A DNA stretch of 64,000 nt. Source: Ramazzottius varieornatus. Lineage: Eukaryota; Animalia; Tardigrada. Both the position numbers and the translations under genes were made by a program. Of the stretch, positions 50,914 to 62,674 are shown in pieces (the stretch's first letter is position 1; each line of letters begins with the position of its first letter). The DNA lies in assembly GCA_001949185.1 (NCBI GenBank), contig BDGG01000004.1, forward strand, positions 2,195,620 through 2,259,619, given 5' to 3'. The notes beneath the pieces were generated by a model. That model saw only the letters and a program-made list of their open reading frames with translations, was not told the origin of the DNA and made no database searches.

Positions 50914-51440
50914 CGAGTGTTGACTAGAGGCCAAAGGTTGCGTTACACCTCACGCATGTGAGATCAGGACTTTGTTCCCGAAGAGCTTCCTGCTAGAGCG
51001 TACAATCTGGCGAGCAGTACAGTCGAAGTACTTCTTCACCGCCTTACTCCTTAACCTAAATTGTACAGCCGGCGCGATTCCACACGTCAGATGTACAGCA
51101 CGGTAGCGGGAAAGGACTGAGCACTAGGCCGCCCATAAGCGTCTGAATCCCTGGGGTGTGATCCTCCCTTGAGGTTTACACTTCTGCCTCGCTGCTTCAG
51201 CACTCGTGAGATACTGCGCATCTTAGCCAACTCAGCCTGCGACTTTGAATGATCCAGATTTTTTCTGAGCTGTTGATAGTTCCGATATCAGAAACCTAGG
51301 CTGCGAAGTGTTCTAAACACTGAGATGACCATCATGGGCTCAGCTACTCACTGTCTGGAACACATGTCGACGGCGTCGTACTCCGTGATTTGATTTTGGT
51401 GTTTGTGGGATTTCTTCCAGTATTCTTTTGGTGATTTAAA

Positions 51441-54400
51441 ATGTATGGACTTGTGATCGAAAGCATCGTGGCCTATCTCAAGGCCTATTATGGTGATGAG
51501 AAATGGATGGAAATTAGGAAGCGCGCCAGAATTGATCAGCACGCATTCAGCACTCACCTGATTTATGCGGAAACAACCATACCGCGCATCGTCGAAAGCG
51601 CTTCCGAAATCCTGCTGATTCCAAAGGACGAGCTTCTGATTCAGTTCGGGAAATTTTTCGTAACGTTTGTTAGGTACGCACCTCCATCCTAGCGCGGAAC
51701 TTTCTGTTACATAAAAAAATTCACTCATGGGAACTTGGGCAAGCGAACTGATCGAGATCATTTTCCGAAGTGGCGCACGAATCCAGCCTATAACAAAGAA
51801 ACCATGCGCCACTAAGGAAAGCGATCTAGTTCAGTAATTCTTGTTACGTATTTAGATTACTCTGTAATTTACTAGAGAATGAAATAAGAAGATCCTGGCT
51901 ACGAGATTTAACCCAGGTGATTCTGTCTGTGCAGTCAGTACGGATACGACAAGATTCTGCGCGTTCTGGGACGTCATATGCGGGACTTTTTGATGGGTCT
52001 TGACAACCTGCATGAGTAAGCTGCACTAATGGCGGGTTTTTCAGTCCTACTATATGTGGTTCATTCTAAGCGGATTAAGTTTTCGTCTCGGTATTTTTAG
52101 ATACATGAGATTCAGTTATCCAAAGGTCGGTAAGCTCTGCTGGAGAGCTTTCTTTTTATCACGTACTTCCGTGTTCGTTGTTGTGAAAAATTCAATTAAG
52201 GATGGCCTGGCTCACTAATCTTTCTTTATCGACAGCTCAAGCCGCCGTCCTTCTTTGTGGAAAAAGAAACAGAACATGGGCTGATATTACACTATCGATC
52301 TAAACGCCGATATGGAGGTGAGTGATGGAAATCATTAAGGTGTAATTGTGGCGGAATGGATGGCATTCCCAAAACCTTTCACCAGCCAACGACCGTTCGC
52401 CGCGGTGTATGTAAACCTACGACTTGCATAGCCCTGACAGTTACTTGACTCCTTTCTGATGACTGAGAACCCAGGATAACGTGCCTATCATCAAATATCT
52501 CCTCTCGTGCATGTGAGGAAGAATAATTCGGGACTGGAAAATCTCATAAAGCAGCAAACTGTCGAGGTTATAATCGTATCATCCGTACGCCAGCGGTAAG
52601 TAAAGATCTTTGCTTTCGAGTTTCTACTGTTGCTTCCCCTCCTCAAATAAAGCAACTGTGAAAAACTCACTAACAAAGTGCAAACTTCAGTATAGCTTTC
52701 CGTTTACCAAAATACTCTAATCTGAATATCCCTATCGACGTGATAAGTTGCCATTTTGGGTTGTGAATCTCCTGCAGTGAATGGGGAACTGCCTCACGGA
52801 AGCGTCACTCATAATACGCTACGAAATACAGGAACTAGACATGTATTAGTAACAACAATATATCTTGATGGTCAACGGCCAGAAATAGTACCGGGTCAAA
52901 ATTACGAGTTCTTGCTTTCCTACATGGTACTCGCACGAGTGTCCAAATTCACACACCCGACGCCCGTAAGTTCTCCATGATGCGCCCAGGTAGCAACCAA
53001 GAAATAACACTGAGTTCAAGCAGAGTAATTACAATCTAACCCATCATGAAACCGGAAGCTACTCTAAAGCATGTGGCTGATGTGGGATCCCTTTGCGTCA
53101 TCAGATTCAAACGAATGCTTTGTCCCGGTTCGATAGTTCTCATCATCCGGGGAATACCTTTGATTTGTGGGTTGTAGCTTACGGCGAATTCTTAACTGGT
53201 TATATCTATTCTTCCCTACCAATTGTAATGACAACCTTTGCGAAATCTAATTAATTTGTTTTGACATGCTTCCAGGGTACGTGCATTATGTGACTGGGCA
53301 AATTAAATGCGTCGGGTCACTCTTCTATGGGCAAAATGTCGACATCGAGCTCCTCAAGGAAGAATTCGTCGGAAACGCGGTCCACGTCGTTATGCACCTT
53401 CGTTTTGACAATTCGGCCTTTCTCACTGAGATAACAGCCGAAAGGGACAAGACTGACGAGCTGTCCATTGAATCGGAGCTATTTTTCGAGGCCTTCCCTT
53501 TCCACATAGTCTTCACCGAGGACATGATCATCAAGTCCTTGGGACATGGCTTAATGAACGTGCTTCCTAATATTGAAGGTCGGAACAAAGTCACCGCGGG
53601 AAAAAGGGGCGAATGAGCCTGATTAATGAAATAGATTGCAGGTTACGACATCAGCCACATATTTGTGCTCAAGCGGCCAATGGTGGATTTCTCTTGGGAG
53701 CAAGTAAGTTCAAAACACTCGGAGGACGGGTTGTATTGGACTGTTTTCCAAAGCATCAAGAAAAACCAAAGCGTCACCACGGCATCGATTCAGTTTTGGT
53801 GATGAAAGCTTTCAGTCACAGTTTTTCGGGGTTTCCATTGGTCTGCGCCGATAACAGGATCTTCCCGACTCTGCAAAATCAATGAACCTCCATCGCGTTA
53901 ATTTTGCACCCAGAATCTGAACAAAATGTTTTTTCTGAAACGTCCTCGAATCGACTTCTTTCATCTTCTGGTAGGTGGTGAGCCACACAAACAACGTATT
54001 TGAGTTGGAGTCCCTCGATAGGGTGCAGATGAAGTGCATGGTACCCGAGAACACCGACAAAACATCTGACGAAGCGCCAAGCTCCCAAAGGAAATTTAGC
54101 GGTAAGCAACTAATCATCAGGTTCCTCCCCAATCTACGAACTGAACTGACCAATTTTTGCTACACATACTGTAGCAACACATAAACTGGAACAGCACTTG
54201 TTTTTTTTGACAGAAACCAGCGAGACCTCCGACGACGATCGCGAAACCAAATTGCATCTAAAGGGTCAAATGGTAAGTACGCAGTACGTTCGGCCATAAT
54301 AAAGTGTATGTAAAGTAGACAACTTCCAGGGTTTTCTCCAGTCTAAAAACTTTGGTGACGTATACAGGTCTGGACGAAGGAATGGAATGGAATGCTCTTC

Positions 54401-57400
54401 TTAGGTACAGTCAACAGTCCCTATAGCCACTCTGGTCCAAAATCAGGTTAGAATGGCAAAAGTGTATCACGAGAAACGTTTGTCTCCGCAGGAACTCCGG
54501 TGCTTCCGCACCTTACTGCGATGTTCGAGGCCGGACTTTATATTAATGATTTATCGCTGCACGATAATTCGAGAGACCTAGTACTGGCGGGAACCCAAAC
54601 TTCCGCCGAGCTCAAACTGGCGCTGGATCAGGTACGAGCTCAAACTCGCACTGGATCAGGCCATCGTACCGATGGCAAATTATCATCGCGAGCTGTTTCG
54701 CGATTTTCTTCACTTTTATATGTTTTCGCAACGAAGTTACTGTAATTTTGCTGTTATATGACAGGAACAAGTGAAAAGCAAGAAGTTAGAGGAAAGCATG
54801 AAGAAATTAGGCAAGCTGAATTCCCACCTGTTTTCAGCCAACTTTTGTGTTTTTGATTTCTTGTCGCGAATAAATGAAAGCTTGGTTCGTTCATTTCAGA
54901 CGAGGAAATGCGTCGCACTGACGAACTGCTGTATCAAATGATTCCTCGACAAATCGCTGACAGACTTCGGGCTGGAGAACCAGCTCTGGACACGTGTCAA
55001 GTAAGAGCAATCATCAGTCATAATCTTCGTAATCATCAGTCATAGTTTGTTGCCCGTTTCATTTTAGGTGTTCGAAAGTGTCACAATGCTGTTTTCCGAC
55101 GTGGTCGGTTTCACCCTCATCTGTAGCCGGATTTCGCCTTTGCAAGTCGTAACGATGCTAAACAGCATGTACAGGTATCAATACAGTGCATAGATACTTG
55201 TTACGAGCCCGGCTGGGTCTTGAACTTATGCACGCTTCGTATCTTGCAGCAAGTTCGACAATCTGTGCTCGTTGCACGATACCTATAAAGTCGGTAAGAG
55301 CATCCTAAGTAGTTCAAGCGTAATAGTAACATCGAAGGAACGAAGATAATCAGGCGTGTCTACAGAAACCATTGGCGACGCCTACGTGGTGGTGGCCGGA
55401 GCTCCCGAAGTGGTTCCAGACCACGCGCAAAGGATCGCCAATATGGCTATCGGGATGGTGGAGACTATGCCCACACTAGTCGATCCATCCACCGACAGTC
55501 ATTTGGAGATACGAGTCGGTAAGCAAATTACAGAATGGAGCTTTCTCTTGTACAGTGCATGCAATCAGGTGCTCATAATGGTGAATACTGCAGGGATAAA
55601 CTCGGGAGTGGTCGTGGCAGGTGTGGTCGGTAAGTTTGCCCTCTGTTATTCCTGACGGTCAAACGTGTCAAGGTCGCCCGTCGATGCGCTCGTGCGGTAA
55701 AAGCCAGTATTGTCTCGATTATCGTAATTCGTAAACAAAAATGCCCAAAGTTGACGGTTTCGGAATTCCGACAATAATTCAAATCACAAATTCTGGGTTG
55801 GTCATTTCGATATTAATCGGAACTGAATCGAAATGCCAGGAACGCGATGATATTTTAGTGCTTAATTAAAATCGAAGATGTTGGTAATTCGAAGAATAGC
55901 CGTCACGGAAAAGCACGCAAAGTGCCCGTGGATATCCCATTTTTCCCCCTTGTGAAGCACCGTCAATGCTTGATGGATTTTAGCTTATGCGACCTACGGC
56001 GGCTCCTTCATAAAGGACAACTGTCCGTACGTGTACTGACGGCAGCCATCGGTACTGGATTCCTCGAGAACGACATATTCTACGCAGAATACCAGAGGGT
56101 CATCCTAAACGCTTACCTGCTCTACGTGTGGTACCGAATAGAAATGCCGGTTTTATGGAAACTAAAATCACAAAACACTACCGCAATAATTCGAATAATT
56201 TCGATCGTTGTCGGAAGTTGTACTTGAATTAATCGTATTTGGGTTATTCAGCCAGGACGAGGCACCTGCAATTTGAATTGCTGCTGCGTCAGGGATTTTG
56301 ATTAATCGAAATCCCTGACGCATTATGAAAACTAAAATCACAAAACACTACCGCAATAATTCGAATAATTTCGATCGTTGTCGGAAGTTGTACTTGAATT
56401 AATCGTATTTGGGTTATTCAGCCAGGACGAAGCACCTGCAATTTGAATTGCTGCTGCGTCAGGGATTTCGATTAATCGTAATTGCAATTCAAATTGAAAA
56501 AGTCATATCGGAACAACACTGGTAAAAGCAGGACATATAATTTCTTGTGTTTCTAGGTCTGAAGATGCCGCGATATTGCCTGTAAGTATCAGCATGCATG
56601 GCAGAGGCCGATCTCTAACCATTCCAGCCGCTAATTCAGTATGTCCCATGCTACTTTCAAAGGTTTGGGGATACGGTCAATACAGCTGCTAAGATGGAAT
56701 CCTCAAGCGAGGTAATATGCGCAAAAGAAACATTCGGTGCTTGGCTTACCGTGGATAGCTGAAATGCGGTTCTGAAGTTGTTTCTTTTCCACGTAGAGAA
56801 TGAAGATACAAATGACAGAAGCAACTCATCGTCTCCTGCAGGACGATTCTAATTACACAATAGTACATCGAGGATTAGTGGATCTAAAAGTAAGATTAAG
56901 CCCTCCTCTCCAGGATCAAGCCTTACCAGGCTGATGCACTTTGTTTTTGATCCTCAGGAGAAAGGCAAAATGAACACGTACTGGCTGTCACCATCTCCAA
57001 CTTATAAGCCTCGTCTCCGGACCGCGTCGACCGCCGTCTATGCCAGAAAAGCACCCGTCTCGAACAACGTGCAGACGCCCGCAACCTTCCATCCTATTCC
57101 GTCTTCCACGCTTAAACCGGCAGAAACTATAGCCGGCGTCCCTTTATCGTTTAGTACCCGCTCCACTCCGTTTCCCACGCAAGAAACACGTAGGAATAAC
57201 CTTTCTGTCAGCTCAACAGCGCGATCGGTGATGGATCCATCTGGGCAGCACAATATTCTGGGTACTACGCTGATCTTCCAGGATCCTCGCCGCACTCGAA
57301 GCCAAGCTAGCTTTGCCTCTTCCAAGCTGTCGCTTGACGAGAATATGGAGGAGGAAGGGTCGTCGCGCCGAAAGCGGTCGATTGCAGATGATAAGTCTCT

Positions 57401-58450
57401 TAGCGCCGCTGACGAAGAAACCTCCAACTTGAAGAGGACATCATCACAGAGAAGAGATTCGTTGAACGCTGACATATCGAAAGACTCAACTCTGTCTTCT
57501 GAAAGCAATTACGACCTCGCCAGTATTAGTTCGAGTGGTTCGATGCATGCCTCGTCCAACCCACACATTCGTCTGGATCGTTCTTCGAGTAGCAGCCCGC
57601 AATTTCCTTCCGTTTTTCCAGACTCTCCTGATGATATCACGTTAAAATCAAGGGCTTCCATTCGAAGTAACGGAAGTGGTGTGAAAACTCCGTTGTTCGA
57701 GATCAAGCCAGAAGAACGTCCTCCTGCAGGGAAGTCCAAGAAGCCATCTGTAGGGGTCGCCACGCGACCTGTACGGACCGACCTACCGGAAAGTCCCGGA
57801 AATGGATTCTCCGACTACCGCAATATGTTCCCAGCCCTACCAGCGCAGGTTTCACCCATGTACAAATCGGGATCTTTTAAGACTGTTCCGAAAGTACCAG
57901 CTGGTATTAGACGCCTGTCGAAAGTGGCGGACCTTGCAATTGATAGCGAAGCCGTGCAGTCACCGTCCGGAGTGAACATCGCTGTCGATCTGCCCAAACT
58001 CAATGGTGAGTGATGGATACTGTATCAATTTTCAAACGCTCACGTTAAAAAAGTCTTTACACCAATATATACAACGTATCTCACAGAGTAGAAACTAACA
58101 AAACTTAGGTTTGTCTTTTGTCTTGTTTTGTCAAAGACGGGAAGAACGGCATGGTCGCCCTAGGTCGATCTCAGACCGCTTACACCACGTTCGATACGCC
58201 GGAAAGTCTGGTACGATCTCCTCACCACTCAACAACGAACGTCCAGAGTCATGACAAAAAGCCACAGCAAGGCGGCAAGAAACCTTCAGTGACGGGAGAG
58301 CAAAAGATGGTGAAACTGACAGTGGCCAACGGCAAGAGTTTTGTGAACGGCATAAAGGAAAACGATGCCGAGAAGGAAGGTACGCGGACGACCTTTCGAA
58401 GTTATCCGGCTTCGCGACCTGTTCGGAGTTGCGCATGTACAATCACATAA
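51441..58450 (+). CDS. Atypical soluble guanylate cyclase (Gyc88E/beta-like; H-NOX, HNOBA, cyclase) with a long disordered tail and C-terminal CAAX
   Basis: MYGLVIE..YGDEKW.., [105 protein letters not shown]; ends RSCACTIT*. Confidence 0.95.
55705..56521. mobile_element. hAT-type non-autonomous element (817 bp) in an sGC intron, with an internal duplication of about 156 bp
   Basis: TIR CAGTATTGTCTCGAT vs revcomp CAGTGTTGTTCCGAT; 8-bp TSD GTAAAAGC at 55697-55704 and 56522-56529; near-identical blocks at about 56153-56308 and 56323-56478. Confidence 0.88.
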
Positions 58451-60073
58451 CCCATGACTGGGCCATGAGATGCGTGATGACGCTCTCAAATTTTGTTTCA
58501 CGCTCTAGCCGTAGGTACGCTGGGTTGCTCGCTGTTTTTCTCCGTGCTGGAGAACCTTTATTCTGGTGTCGAAATGCTAGCGTTATTGGTCTGATCACGA
58601 GCCGAAGTATTACTGAGATCTACTGCTGCTCTACAGTTCGTTATTAATTTTAGTGTGTAACTTATGTTCTTTAGAAAACCTTCGTGTTCCGTAACTTCCG
58701 TTGCTACAGTCCACGAAGGATTCTATGCAAATACCACAATTAAGTACCATGACAGCAGAAAGGACAACAAACGTTACCATGCACCGAGAAGGGAACTGAC
58801 GACGTCAAATAGAATCAGCCGCAAAGCTAGGAAACGTATCCCGCCTGGCCGACGAATTCAAATCAAGCTTGACCCAGCGGGGAACCTGCAACATCGTAGT
58901 CGTCGTTCGATCGAACTTCCTGCGTGCCTTACGCAATAGTGACGAGAATACCAAACTAGCTGGTGCGGGTGAGGTCGGAGCAGTGGCCACCAACGTGGTG
59001 TACTCCGCCACACCTTACCTACTGGCGATACTGCCTTGTGTCAGACTTCGTCAGAAAGTTCGCTAATTTTCGTTGCTTGCAGACAAGAACAGGCTAGCCC
59101 AAACTTTTTATAACCGGTTTGTGAAGGCTCACGTCATCCAGTCAGGCTATTCTGGAAGGATGTGGCTGGCGCGAAGAACTATAACGACCTTCTTAGCAGA
59201 CACTACTGTGGTTTTTCAGGAAACGAGCAGACTCAATATACATAGTATCAAACGTTCCCTTGCTCGATAGCTCGGGAGTAACCCATGTTTACTCCTGAGC
59301 CTAGGTTAAAAAGAGGGGTGGAAGGGTGGCGGTGCAGGGGCTGAATCTTACCTTTTTGTTGCCTTTTTCGTCCAGATCTCGTTTGCTATGGGAAATCTGA
59401 GATTGAGCCCAGCACTACTTTGATCAGCAGGTGATTTTACGTGGTTCTATCCGATCAGATGTCGTGTAATGTGGTGGCGCAAAAAGAATCAATTTCGAGT
59501 GTCTTGAGCGTTAAATTCAAGGTGTGTTCAATGTGAATTCGCGTACGGTTATGGCCAATAATACACTAGGGATAAAAAAACAACCTTATTTTTAGGTCCG
59601 ACAGTTATGCCAACTTCGGCCTTGAGGCACTGGATTCCAGGACAAAGCAGAATGTGGAGTGTTTTCGAACCCGAGAAATGTGTCTGTTGTCTGAGAGGTC
59701 GAATAAAAACAGCAATATTGACATTACGATGACCACAGGGAAAGAACGTGGAGTGAGCGCACCCATTGTGAATATTAATAACCTTGCTACGTCCGCTAGT
59801 GTCACCACATGGCCATTGTGATAATGGAAAACAGCGGGTCAGTTGTCTTGATTGAACGCGTCAACGTCGGCTGTGGCGTAATTGGCTCCTGCTTTTACAG
59901 CGGGATATCCGTTTGCCAGGAGGGCCAGCTATTCCAAACACCCGACCAAACAATCCGGATATAAAATATAAGCTCCGGCTGCATTAGAAGGGACTGCTCC
60001 CACTTATTTTACTTATAAAATCACACAAGCTCTTTGCTCTCGACGCAATAAGCACCCATTAATTTTCGCCCGA

Positions 60074-60079
60074 TATAAA
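60074..60079 (+). promoter_or_regulatory. Candidate TATA box of the neuropeptide gene
   Basis: TATAAA about 95 bp upstream of the ATG at 60171. Confidence 0.45.
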
Positions 60080-60170
60080 GAGCCAGCAGCGAGTTCCTCG
60101 ACTTCCATTTAGCGGAGAGAGTTCTTCAGCCACACCGCCGTAGATCCGTCTACGGCTCAACTTTATCCCA

Positions 60171-61059
60171 ATGTTTCCCAATTGTGCATTGTTGGCTCTT
60201 TTATTCGTCTCTGGATACACATGCCAAGGTACAAAATCCTGATAGAGCGACTCCCCAAAAAGATGTTTGTTAAATTGAATTGAAAAATTGGAGGCTTGCA
60301 AACAAAATCGGGAAGATCGCTATCCCAACTGGCGCAGTTTTCTTTGTTACTGCCTGCAAAAGTGCGCCACTTGAGATAACGACCATTTCGAGATTGTTCG
60401 TCGGTCTCCCAAATACTAGACCTATCATGACCAAATTTTTGAAAATTGTTCTTCGAGGTATTGGTACTCCGCTTTCGCGAACGATCATTTGTTAATATGA
60501 GTTTTGGGTCTTAGGACGAACGCTGACCATACCGGATGATGTGGATTACTCGGAAGAGGACACCACGAGCCTTGATGCGGACCCGTACAAGGAACCTCGA
60601 GAATTTATGATCCCTTACCCACGTCTGGGAAGGTACATGGACTACGCAACATTGAACGCACTAGCCGAGTACCTGAAACAGAACTACAACAGCCATGGAC
60701 GAGTGGACACCGTGACCTCTCTTTTCAAAATGGCGGAACCATCCGCCATCCTTCAGCGAGAACTACGAGACATGAAAGGCAAAGGATACGGGATACCAAT
60801 TCCCCGTGTCGGAAAACGCTCGATACAGGACGAAACTGGCGAGCAGATGCCGCCAACCTTCTCGAGTAATGGCAAGAATGGTTTGACCAACCAGTCTCTC
60901 CGCGCAATCATTTCCGAGTATTTCCGAAGCATGGAGAACAATGTCAAGCGACAACAGCAGCCGCGGACCATGCAGTTCACTCCCCGTGTCGGACGCGCTG
61001 ATCCCGCTTTTTCTTCTTCCAACCGAGGAAGACCCATTCCCCGAGTCGGTAGAAGATAA
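60171..61059 (+). CDS. PRXamide neuropeptide precursor (CAPA/periviscerokinin-pyrokinin-like), 2 exons
   Basis: Signal exon MFPNCALLALLFVSGYTCQ(G), intron at about 60229-60513; peptides EFMIPYPRL-G-R, GYGIPIPRV-G-KR, QQQPRTMQFTPRV-G-R and GRPIPRV-G-RR with amidation Gly and basic cleavage sites. Confidence 0.9.
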
Positions 61060-61791
61060 ACCGTTGTAAAGGTCCCCATCATTCCATATTTCTCTTGCAT
61101 GTAGCTGTTTGATCTTACATCCACATCGCTGGGCGGGCTGCGCGGCTACTGGGAGCTGAACTAAATACTATCTTTGATAATTGTATTCTTATTCTTCATC
61201 GGAACATTCGACTTGCGTGATAATCAGTTTAATAGCATCTTATCTTCAAACTGTATAATATTAGCCAAGTCTTTTCTACGTCGGGTTTGTTTTCCGCATT
61301 GGCAGATCTCATAACTGATCTTCGGGATTCGATGCGGTTCACAAGTTCTTTCTTCTGGCGGGCGCTTTTAGTATTACTTTGAAGAAAGCGAATACTTGGC
61401 TGGGGAGGTTTTTCTCCCTACATACGGGCGGCATGATAGCGGGAATTGCAGGCTGTATTTCGTATTTTGCCCAGACATCGCAGTGCACTTTGCACAGCCT
61501 TTTCAATTGCGCCGCGTACTTGTCAGACATGTTTGCTTTTGCATAGATGCAACTAGTTTCAAGAATGTTAACCTTGCACATTCTTGGCGAGTTTGGGTCT
61601 TCAATGTCAAAATTAAATAGAATCACAAACATCGATGCACCACGAATACTTTCATGCGCAAAGTAAAAAGAATCTTCGCACTACGGTCGGCTCGTACTTC
61701 TTTCCGACTTTCAGTTTCTAACCTAACCACATAAGCAAGTTTGAGTTTCTGTCATATATTTCTCAGGAACGTCATCCCGTGGTTTCGGCAA

Positions 61792-62664
61792 ATGGACATC
61801 AAACTACTCTTCGTCCTTGGAGTAATAAGAGGAACCTTGGCACAGGCGGACGACCAGGAAGAAGACGACCTGTCCCTACCTAACAGCAACGTATATTACC
61901 CTGCCTTTCTCATCGATCTGAAATCTACCGATCTTACCTACAAGCTCTTGTCAAAGTCTCCTTTCACCTACATCGTTGTCGACCCTGACCTTGTCCCGAT
62001 GACTTCCGACGAAGTTATTCAGCTGCGGAAAGAAGGAAAGATTATTCTGGCTTACTTGTCTGTGGGACAAGCCGAGAAGAGCCGACACTATTGGCAAGAC
62101 GACTGGGTTCCTGGCTCCTTCCCTCGCTTCATCGACGACAGTACTCCTTCGAAGTCGTCGACACGCATGAATACTCGATTCTGGATGCCCGAATGGCAGA
62201 GCATTCTTCGACGCTACCTTCAGGATTTGATCAGCTACGGTTACTCTGGTGTGGTTCTTGATTCCGTCGACACCTACCAGCGCTTCGTACAACAAGAAGA
62301 ACGGTTGTTTCCCGCTGACGACATGATTGCATTGATTGCTGGCCTGCGGCAACAGCAACGTGACTTCCTATTGTTTGTGACCAATGCGGTCGAGTTGTAT
62401 CAAGACGATCTATTCAGGCGCTCCATCGACGGGATCGTTGCGACCGGCACATGGTACCATACTGACGTCCCTATCGACCAAAGAAACACAAATTTCACGC
62501 TGGGGTTCTTGCGGAAAGCGCGAGCCGATACCAAAACTATCTTAGCTTCTGATTTTCCGAAAGACCTCACTCATGTTTGTGATTTTTATATCAAGTGTAC
62601 GACGGAGGTATTTCGGTGCGCGGTTTTTGATGTTCGTTTGAATGGTGCTGGGGAGAGCTGTTGA
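61792..62664 (+). CDS. Secreted TM1410/MJ1477 (GH114/PelA-related) TIM-barrel glycoside hydrolase-like protein; intronless CDS
   Basis: Hydrophobic leader MDIKLLFVLGVIRGTLA; IVVDPD..EVIQLRKEGKIILAYLSVGQAEKSRHYWQDDW..RFWMPEWQSIL..GYSGVVLDSVDTY matches the family signature (AYLSIGEAE.YR.YW..W / W.PEW / G.DGV.LD.VD.Y). Confidence 0.85.
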   Translation: MDIKLLFVLGVIRGTLAQADDQEEDDLSLPNSNVYYPAFLIDLKSTDLTYKLLSKSPFTYIVVDPDLVPMTSDEVIQLRKEGKIILAYLSVGQAEKSRHYWQDDWVPGSFPRFIDDSTPSKSSTRMNTRFWMPEWQSILRRYLQDLISYGYSGVVLDSVDTYQRFVQQEERLFPADDMIALIAGLRQQQRDFLLFVTNAVELYQDDLFRRSIDGIVATGTWYHTDVPIDQRNTNFTLGFLRKARADTKTILASDFPKDLTHVCDFYIKCTTEVFRCAVFDVRLNGAGESC

Positions 62665-62674
62665 ACGGTAAACA

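Noticed and set aside
58805-59011. 68-aa minus-strand ORF between sGC and the neuropeptide gene
   Set aside because: Non-ATG start and no homology cues.
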